From: Saprolegnia diclina VS20
Lineage: Eukaryota
DNA: 20,000 bases
Assembly: GCF_000281045.1 (NCBI RefSeq)
Contig: NW_008246071.1
Span: forward strand, 741,021 to 761,020
Direction of reading: 5' to 3'
Part shown: piece by piece, positions 1-10,149 of the stretch
How the letters are laid out: each line of letters opens with the position of its first letter
How positions within the stretch are numbered: the first letter of the stretch is position 1
Position numbers and translations under genes: made by a program
Notes under the pieces: generated by a model
The model's database searches: none
What the model saw: only the letters and a program-made list of their open reading frames with translations
What the model was told of the DNA's origin: nothing

Positions 1-1532
1 CCTACAACCATTCGGACACCAAGGTCGACGTGGCCGTTGACATTCTCGTGCGCCAGCCAACGTTGTCGCCAAAGAAAGCACCGCAACGAGTCGTCGGGTC
101 CGTTGATCGCGCTGTCCTCCAAAGCCGTCAGAGCCACGGACTCAAGCACTCGGGGCCGCTCCTCAAATCGCGCAAGGACCAGCTCTCTTCGTACCAGCAG
201 GACCATTTGACCGCCACGCAAAAGCGACTCTTGTATGCAACGCTCGTCGAGCACAAACCGTCGTCCAAGCGAGGTAGAAACCTAGCACTGCTGACAATTA
301 TTGCCATATTTTTATCCAATATCTATGATAGACAACCAAACGCGCATGGTCTATCTCGCAAACTACAAACCATTTTGTCCACTTGGCGCGATGTAGGCGG
401 CGATCGAGCGCATGGCGACGCCGACCAAGCCAAAGTAGATGTATATTTACATGGATGTACTTTACACTTAAGTGTAGACGCTTGCTCGGGAAAGAAAAAT
501 ACGCGCGCGAAGACGACCGCAAGCACTGTCGGTTCAAACCGCGACTCGGCCGCGGGTCGCACGAGTCGGGCGGACGCAGCGACGACGACGATGAGACAGA
601 CAACCAAGACTTTATTCGGCGCATGGAAGCCGCCGAGAAGGCCAAGAATGAGGTAGTATCTGCACTCGCTCGCCAAACCAACTAATGTTGCTATGTATAT
701 CTAGTCGATTCGGCGCAACCGCGAAGAGCGCGAGTACATTGCCCAACTGGACAAAAAGGTGGTGACGTTCCAACGCTGCGTTGTATTGACGGGTTCTGGA
801 CGATCCCGCAGGAGTGCCCCAAGTGCGGCAACCTCCAGTCCTACTCAGAAGTCAAGCAGAAGCGCAAGCAGTGCCCCAACTGCGGCGTCGCGTACCGGTC
901 CCGCATGGCGTGGGGCGACGTCGAGTCGGACTTCTTCACGCGTGTCTCGGACTTTGAGTCGCATAAAGCGTCCCGGCGTCAGCAAGTGGCGGCAGCGACG
1001 ACGCCCGTCTTTCGCGTGCTGGAGCGCAAAGTGCTCGACCCGCATACGCACACGATCACGACCCAGCGCCTTCGGCCCCTCACCTGGGTAGCCTGGTTCA
1101 TCCTCTTCTAGCTGACATCATTGGTGCTAGAACGACGTCGAGGCAGACTTTCTTGGGCGCGTGCAGCTGGACGAGATGAACCGCATTCTGGTACGTTCAC
1201 CGCCGAATTGGCGAAGGGGCAAGTAGTTGCCTGACAACCTGTACATTGGTAGAACCGAGAGGAGCTCGAGCGCGAGTTCTACGGCTTCCTTACGTTTCAC
1301 CCGAGCATTACGCCCCACGCCAAACGCGTAAAACACCATCGGCAACGTCGAGACGACATGACCTGCACATGTAGCTGACGTATGCGCGCTTTGAAGAACG
1401 CATGCAGCGCGACATTGACGACCGAGCGAGTCGTCTCGCGCAGGTACAGCTCGGCACGGATCGAATTTTGATTCATGAACGCGAGGGTAGTATGAGATGC
1501 GCGCCAAGCACGCGCTGTCGTACGATGGGTAG
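1..1532 (+). CDS. Uncharacterised multi-exon protein (5' end outside window) with a CxxC..CxxC zinc ribbon and repeated short motifs
   Basis: The frame is open from base 3. Removing short GT-AG introns (e.g. 274-331, 349-396, 435-477) gives ...AAIERMATPTKPKRLLGKEKYAREDDRKHCRFKPRL...ECPKCGNLQSYSEVKQKRKQCPNCGVAYRSRMAWGDVESDFFTRV...LTWNDVEADFLGRV...LTFHPSI...YEMRAKHALSYDG*, with TAG at 1530-1532. The 5' exons are the least certain. Confidence 0.75.
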
Positions 1533-1577
1533 CAACAGAGTACGCAAAGAAACGAATGGCTGTATCTCAAGAGGCGG

Positions 1578-3456
<1,879 letters not shown>

Positions 3457-4117
3457 CCTGCGGCTTGGTCGGTCCAAAAGTCAGTGAAGTTGGACGCGAT
3501 CACGTCGCCGGATACAAAGCCAGGTGCAAACAGGTGGCGGCTTTTTTATCCGGATGATGGCCAACCGCGCGGGTTGGCGGAGTCGTCGGCAGCGACCTTT
3601 GAGGCGACCGGCGTAGCCTCCGCAAGCCTCTGTGTAACGAGGAAGCACGCCGAGAGCGCGGTCGCCACTCGATCGAGAACGACCGCGCAAGGCAGAGTCA
3701 CCCAAGAGCTAGAGTAGGCGCCACCCATGTCACAGCGCTGCGTTGGTTGCCTCTACAGCGCTCGTACAGTAGGACGCCAGGCGCCGTGCAGTGCCAATGC
3801 ATCTTTATGTCGAGGCGCCTAAACAAGCGCGAATGCATTTTGACCCGAAGTCGATTTACACGTCCACATGATGTCCAAGTGGCAGCTGCATTGCGACGGC
3901 GGTCCAACTGCGCGAGGATGAACGAGACAGGTTGAACCGGTGGGCAACGCATCTCAATCCGCGCACGGCGCTTCAAATGGTAGCTACTATAGAGTACGAA
4001 AGTACTAGAGATGACGTTCATGGGACTACTTTGTGTTCAAGTTGGGCGAGATTGGTGTCGGAGCTGCATGCTCTTGCTCGTCGCCACCAAAAAGACAATA
4101 TTGAATGCAGAGGGGTG

Positions 4118-5869
4118 CTATTTCAACGTCGAAGGACTAGTATGGAAGCGAACGTCGGCCACAAGCGAAATGTGGTCGGAGGGAAACACGCTTGACGGCA
4201 AGGACTTTTCATGCCCGGCGACGTCGAGCGAGAAGAAGGGCAGATGACTCGTCGGCGTCAGCGTCTCCGTGTCGACAAGAATGTGGTCCAACGTCCCAAT
4301 GAACGTGAATTCGTGGTTCTTGACGAAATGCGTAAACTCGGGCGACCCGCACGCACTGCCGAGGCTCAAATCGTGTGCGAGCGTCTCTGGCATCGTATCC
4401 GGCCACGGCGTCGGCGTCGACCCTTCCTCTGCGCTCCACTGGAACGCCGCAGCTTCTTGCCAATGCCGGTGGTCCGACCCAACGGCCCCGCGCAGGAGAA
4501 ACTGGGCGGGAATCGCGTCCGGAAGCGCGTTGAGGTCGCCCGTAATGACGACACTGACTGGCACGCCGTCTCTCGCTTCAATGTCGGCCTTCTTTTGCTC
4601 GAGAAACCGCGTCATGAGCACCGTCTGGACGAGCCGGACCGCGTCCGCGTCGTGACGGAAGAAGAGGTGCGTGTTGGCCACGAGCACGATGCCAGCGCCA
4701 TGCACCTGCCGCAGCAAAAGCACTTGCGCGACGGACGGGACCGTGCCCACTGCGAGCGCGACCTGCGGGTGCGCGCTGAGAAAGTGCTGCAGCGGCGACG
4801 TCGACTCAATGTCCTTGAGGGCGTCTGCAAAGCCTACAACGGTGGCTTCGACAAGCTGCCACTTGGCCGTGTTGTACAAGACGGCGCAGCCTTCGGGCGT
4901 CGTGCCTGCTTTGCCTGCGTAGTGCCCGTCAAAGCCGTGGGCGCGCAAGAGCGGGAGAAAGTACGAGTGGAAGACACCATGGCCCATTTCTTGAGCGCAA
5001 ATGAGATCGGCGCGCGTCTCCAGCATCTCGAGCGCGATGAGCGGCAGCCGGTATTTGTCAAAGAGGATGCCGGGCTGCGCATACGGGTACATGCGATTGT
5101 ACGCGCGGTCGGCACGGGCGTACTTGGCATACAAAATGTTGTACGACATGATCCGAAAAGCGCTCGCGTCGTCGGTGTCGGGGGCGGGATGGGCGAGACG
5201 CGCGGCGAACGCCGACCGGTCCGGCGTCGGCACGACGTTCCCGGTTGTCGTCGTTGCAAGCGAGGCGCCGGTGGGCGCAATGCAATTGACCTCGAGGCGA
5301 CACCCGACGTCGTCGCTGGTCGGCGTATACACAAAAGCTGCACCGACAACGGTCCTTTCACTGGTCGACGACACGCGCGTCCACATCCATTGGCACTCGG
5401 TTTGGGTGCAAAATTCGAGCTCGACCGTCGGCACGATCGGGACGCCAACAACGAGGTCGAACTCGGTGACCGACAACGCAAGCAGCGCCGGCTCGTTGAG
5501 CACAATGGCGTACACGTCGTCTTGGATCTGCAATGTCATAGCACGTGGCAAGACATCGCCAAGCGGCAGCGTCGGTGAGAGCGGTGCGCCGTCGCGATCG
5601 CGCAGCTCGATGGTTGTTGTGGCCTTGCCTAGGGCTTCGTGCACTTGCTTGAGCTTGGTCTTCTTGCCTTGCTTGAACTGCTGCTTGGTCATGGGCGGGT
5701 GCAAGAGGCGGTCGATGCGCACGAGAATGCGGCTGAGCTCTTCCGTTGGCTGGCGCACGAGCTGCCGCTCGACGCCCAAGAGCGGAAACTTGAGCGTGAT
5801 GGCATCGCTGCCGCGCACGTAGCGCACATGCGCCGTCAGCGGCGACGTCGAAGGACCCGTGCTGGCCAT
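4118..5869 (-). CDS. PDE12: 2',5'-phosphodiesterase 12-like, CCR4/nocturnin EEP-family nuclease (single exon)
   Basis: EEP motifs FRIMSYNIL, DLICAQE, VANTHLFF, TGDLNA, TLDHI and FPSDH, plus a PDE12-type N-terminal beta region (YTPTSDDVGCRLEVNC). The first ATG is at 5869. The ORF track starts at a GTG at 5932. Confidence 0.9.
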   Translation of the reverse strand: MASTGPSTSPLTAHVRYVRGSDAITLKFPLLGVERQLVRQPTEELSRILVRIDRLLHPPMTKQQFKQGKKTKLKQVHEALGKATTTIELRDRDGAPLSPTLPLGDVLPRAMTLQIQDDVYAIVLNEPALLALSVTEFDLVVGVPIVPTVELEFCTQTECQWMWTRVSSTSERTVVGAAFVYTPTSDDVGCRLEVNCIAPTGASLATTTTGNVVPTPDRSAFAARLAHPAPDTDDASAFRIMSYNILYAKYARADRAYNRMYPYAQPGILFDKYRLPLIALEMLETRADLICAQEMGHGVFHSYFLPLLRAHGFDGHYAGKAGTTPEGCAVLYNTAKWQLVEATVVGFADALKDIESTSPLQHFLSAHPQVALAVGTVPSVAQVLLLRQVHGAGIVLVANTHLFFRHDADAVRLVQTVLMTRFLEQKKADIEARDGVPVSVVITGDLNALPDAIPAQFLLRGAVGSDHRHWQEAAAFQWSAEEGSTPTPWPDTMPETLAHDLSLGSACGSPEFTHFVKNHEFTFIGTLDHILVDTETLTPTSHLPFFSLDVAGHEKSLPSSVFPSDHISLVADVRFHTSPSTLK

Positions 5870-5876
5870 CGTCCTC

Positions 5877-5890
5877 ACTTGCAGAATGGA
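5877..5890 (-). promoter_or_regulatory. Oomycete Inr/FPR-like core promoter of PDE12
   Basis: Minus-strand TCCATTCTGCAAGT lies immediately upstream of the ATG at 5869 and resembles the oomycete YCAYTYYNCAWTT motif. Confidence 0.6.
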
Positions 5891-5988
5891 TCGGCGGAGG
5901 ATGGTCGATCGGGACGCGGCGCCACAGAGCACGTTGCAAGAACGGGGAGCGTGGTGCGGATGAGGTAATCACCCCGTCCTTTCCAGTG

Positions 5989-6120
5989 ATTGGCCATAAG
6001 CCCGACCAATCACGAAGCGGCCAACAGCCAATCCAAGGCGTCGCTTTGATCGAGGTAGGGTACGATGAGCCAATCAAACGTTGGCTGTGGGCTGTCATTG
6101 GCCAATCCAAAAGAACCAAT
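5989..6120. promoter_or_regulatory. CCAAT-box cluster (7 CCAAT/ATTGG pentamers in 132 bp)
   Basis: ATTGG at 5989 and 6097; CCAAT at 6006, 6028, 6070, 6102 and 6116. The cluster lies upstream of PDE12. Confidence 0.65.
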
Positions 6121-6421
6121 CCCGTCTTCCCGCCGACCTGCCACTGCCAAGTCCATGGCCGAGTGCCGTCAAGGCGGCGCGTGTCGCTCAACTGCGCTTG
6201 CACCGCAGCTTCGTTCACAAGCCATCAGCGAGTGGCCGCCAGCTCCTTGTCCCGCGGATCGCGCTCCTGCCTCCGCCGGCCTGGATCAATATCAACACCA
6301 GCGCCTACACAACGAAGAATGTCCGACACTTTGATTTAACGCAGATTTGCGTTAGACGACCCACTTCAGCAACAACCAATTTAATGGGCATCAGAGCACA
6401 CAAGGGCGCGATAGCAAGGGG

Positions 6422-6441
6422 CAATAAGATGCATCTTATTG
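6422..6441. repeat. Perfect 20-bp palindrome CAATAAGATGCATCTTATTG
   Basis: CAATAAGATG is directly followed by its reverse complement CATCTTATTG with no spacer. Confidence 0.9.
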
Positions 6442-6527
6442 AACGAGCGCAGGTGCATTGCGCATGTCTACAACGTCCGTTTCCGTTTCAATAGCAGGGG
6501 CATCGCGTGCCCAACGCGTCTACTTGT

Positions 6528-7603
6528 CTACTCGTCTTCGCGGAAGAATCGCTTGGGCAGCGTCGCTTCAAAGGCTCTTTGCCAATCGCCGTGGTTGGCG
6601 ACTTCCATGAGCGTCAAGAGCACTGTGTCGATGTTGAGCACATGCGAGCGAACGTTGCACGTCTCTTGCACGGGCAGGCGCGCCGTCGTAATGTGCTGCA
6701 CACGAGCGGCTTTGGTCAAAGTCTCGCTCTACGACGCAAGGTGGCAAGGCAAGCGCACACACGACAACATGTACCTTGCGCACGGTGCGATCCACGATGC
6801 CACCGACAACGTAGACAGCTGTCGGGTCCAGCTCTGTTAGAACATTGGGCGAGTCGGGTGACAAGAGGACGATCATGTGGCCGGGAAAGAGCTCTTCGAT
6901 CGGGGCGGCATGGCGCGTCACCTAGAACGCAGACTCAGCGACCCGAGTACTTCGCGCGCAACCCGACCTTCCATGCGTTGGCGCCGCGCTTTTCACAAAG
7001 CGCTGCAATGTCGCCTTCGTACGATGCGAGGTGAAGCGAGAGAAGAGATGGGAGCTCGCTCTTCTTCATGGCACCGTACACGCAGGCGACTTGCTTGATG
7101 ACGCTGTGACGTTCCTAGTCCATGTCGAAGTCGAGGCCACGGAACTTGAAGCTATCTATACGCGGGGTGTTTGCTCATGGAGAAAGTTCAGGTCGACGAC
7201 GACGCGGAGGCCCGTCGCCATGGCGTAGTTGAGCTTGTCCTAGTCGCCATGGACGATACTACGCAAGTTGAAGTGACGGTGAACGCACCTCGAGCTGGGT
7301 CTTGGCGAGCTGCTTTTGCGCAATCTTGGCGTCGTAGCGCATCTGCTTCTCTTCTTGGGTGATGGAATCGTCGCGGGCTTCGTAGGCAATTTGGCGTTCA
7401 GCCTGGTGCTGGCGTTTCTTGTCTTTTCGGCGGGCGTCAATGGCGGCGCGGCGATGGTCGATGCGCTCTTGCCGGCGCTGCTGCTTGGTGCGCTTCTTCT
7501 GCGCAGCAACCTCATCTGAAGCGTCTTGCACCCATGCGACCAGCGTCGCAACGACCAGGGCGGCGCCGACCCACGCCGCCACGGCCCAAGGACTCTGTGT
7601 CAT
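6528..7603 (-). CDS. TRM10: tRNA (purine-9 N1)-methyltransferase, Trm10/TRMT10 SPOUT family, 5 exons
   Basis: The spliced product has RVVVDLNF, LSPDS, VYVVGGIVDR, ARLP, VLNIDTV and W..AF...LPKR, all Trm10 motifs, preceded by a basic coiled coil. ATG at 7603, TAG at 6528. Confidence 0.9.
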
Positions 7604-7699
7604 CGCTAGATTCTGTTGTTGGTCCCGCCGAGATGCCAGCTCGGGAACGAAAACCACGCCATTTTATGCCTTTTTTCAACGTTCTCCGTCAAATTCGGT

Positions 7700-7715
7700 C
7701 TCATTTTGCATATTT
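7700..7715 (+). promoter_or_regulatory. Inr/FPR-like element in the Trm10 / TMEM185-like divergent promoter
   Basis: CTCATTTTGCATATTT closely matches the oomycete Inr+FPR consensus. Confidence 0.5.
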
Positions 7716-7882
7716 CACGCCTAATATGGCGGCTCAGATCAGCTCAAGATGCCATTGGCTCGTGGAAGCTTCGAAATTCTGTGCTTGAAGTGGGCAAAAC
7801 CGGCATATTTAAATAGAAAAAAGTATCGTTGTACTTGATATTTGTATGCAAGTGATCTCGCGCTTGGGATCCCCGAATTAAA

Positions 7883-9411
7883 ATGGACGCCATGGTCCCA
7901 GTCTCTGTTTGCCGATTTTTGCCTCCGATGGCGGCGATCCCGCGGTCCAACCTCACGGACGCCGGGAGCGAGCGCAGCCCGCTCCTCCGCGCCATGCGCA
8001 ACTCGTTCCAGGAAGACTCCTTGTACCAGTCCATGTCGAATCCCAACTATTTATCCACCGAGTCGACGACGACGACGGACGATGCGTACCTTGGCGGGCG
8101 CATGCGCGTCTTCCGCCCGATCGTGTACGCAGAGAAGGCGCTCGGCGTGCTCCTCAACAGCGTCATCATGTACGTATTTTGCTGCATCTTGGGCCTCGGC
8201 CTCATCTGCATCAACGCCGACGGCGTCCTCGGACCTGGCCGCGGCTGGAACTGGTGGCTCGTCTTCATGCCGTTCTGGCTTGGCAATGCGATTCTGCTTA
8301 TTGCGCACTTTCTCTCGATGCGGTCGGCCACGATGCTGCGCCAATGGGCCGAGACCGACTGCATGTCGAACGAGCCATTGCTTCCGCTTTTGCGCAAGAT
8401 CCTCCTCGTCTACGCCGTCTCGGTCCCGCTCACGGCCTTTCTCCTCTGGAGCGAGCTCGCGTTCTGCGCCATCATGAGCGACATGACGTACCGATCGACG
8501 TCCGTCTACTTTGCGTTCACGCCCATTCTCATCATTGAAGCCGCGTACATTGTGCGGTACCTCCTCTGTAAGGCCAAGAGCACGCTCCCGGTACACATGT
8601 CCCGGCATCTCATAGTCTCATGCCTAATGTCTAGGGCTGCAGCTGGGTCCTCGCGTTTGTGTTTACGCTCATGCTCGCGTTCAATGCCGACCTCATCCAC
8701 CGCCGCAACCCCGAGACGGACGCGCTGCCCGGCGAGCTCCTACCGTGGTTTACGGTCTTTTGCCCGATCTTTGTCTGGGAGTTTCTCATGTTTGGCTCGC
8801 TTCTCATCGTCCTCTACTCGCAAGCGGCCGGCTACTACAACATGGCGTCGTCGCAACTGACCGCCACGGTGCTCTACACGCTCGCGCTCGCAGCCGGCGC
8901 GATTGGCCACGTCATGCTGCTCGAGCACATGGAGCTCGAGTCGACGTCGCTCGACGTGCCGTCGATCCTCTTGTTCTCGGCGTGGGTTACGGGCAGCCTC
9001 GCTTTGTACATCATTTCGCGCCAAGAAGTCGCCAAGCTCATGGCGTCGCGCGGCGGCGCCGTACCCGTGCCCCTCACGCGCACCGACCACGGGTGGGTGA
9101 CCAACCATGCCGTCACCGACCAATGGATGCTGCTCGGTGACATTCCGCTCACGTCGGCGGGGCTCGAGCAGCGCGGTACGCGCAAGCGCACCTCGAGCGA
9201 CATGGAGAGCGATCTCAACTCGCAAGGATGGCTCTGGGTGCGCCAGGTGCTCGGGTCGCGGCTCTGCTCGTGGTGCTGCTGCCTCGCGTCGCGCCACTCG
9301 TTTGACGCGTCGTCGCCGAGCGAGCACCCGGAAGGCCGTCTCAAGAACGTCAAGCGCAAAAATTCCGGAAGCTACAGCGATCTGCACCTCGACGTTGTCG
9401 CTACCAAGTAG
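7883..9411 (+). CDS. Multi-pass membrane protein, TMEM185 / Fragile-X-F-like
   Basis: Two exons (intron 8591-8634, 44 nt). About 8 hydrophobic segments and repeated W..VF.P motifs (WNWWLVFMPFW, PWFTVFCPIF) typical of the TMEM185 family. The start could be 7883, 7892 or 7929. Confidence 0.75.
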
Positions 9412-10149
9412 CAATCCCAATATCCGCTTGCTGTTTCTGTCGTTTTGCAGTCGTGGATCTCGACAACCGTTTTAGAAAGTGTGCACACTAAGATCGAAGC
9501 GTCGTCTTATTCTGACGTGAACCGGTCGACGCCGTTGGATCTGTTGGTGGTGGTTGGGTGCAGCCGTATTTGAGACCGGTATATAAAACCAGTCACGACC
9601 AGAGCGACGGGGAATCAACCACACGTCGTCCACGCCAGCACCGACAGCTGAGAAACAAGCATCTCAACATGGTGTTCTTGGTCGTCACCTTGTCAATGGC
9701 CAAGTGACCATCGAAAGAGAATGGTATGGGAGGAGGCCGAGTAGCCAACGCGCTGGCGACGGAAGATGCTGGTTCCCACTATCACACAAGAGCACTTTGC
9801 CTTGGGACAGCAAACTCGGCGGCCAGTTCGATTCGAACTCGTCGCGATCTCACGCCACGGAATGTACGTACGACGCATGTTGTACGGGACCGTACATCCC
9901 TTTTCCAACACGTTGCCATGCACGCTAAGGCCGTCTACCGCCGTTTCCATCGGCTGTGAATGTACGAGGCGGTCGTCCTCATGCCACGCACGACGCTGTA
10001 GCGCGCTGTCGTGTTTGCAGCAATGTACGTGTACGGCAATGGACGGCAGTTACTTGATTGTTGGACTTTCCAGCGGCCGGTTTCGATGTTTTTTGATTTT
10101 CGAGATCTTCCATGGTTCTTGCGAGCTCGCAACCTGCGTACAATCCAAA

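Noticed and set aside
3730..4117. Possible ncRNA or small gene between UGP and PDE12
   Set aside because: I could not recognise any tRNA, snRNA or snoRNA motifs or a convincing ORF by eye.
4211..5822. Long + strand ORFs (455 aa, 273 aa) antisense to PDE12, and similar shadows over UGP, THOC1 and the TMEM185-like gene
   Set aside because: These are typical antisense shadows of GC3-rich coding sequence, with Arg-rich, motif-less translations.
9766..10149. 128-aa N-terminal extension of the 429-aa ORF
   Set aside because: It lacks the codon bias seen from 10150 onward and is T-rich and UTR-like, so it is probably not coding.
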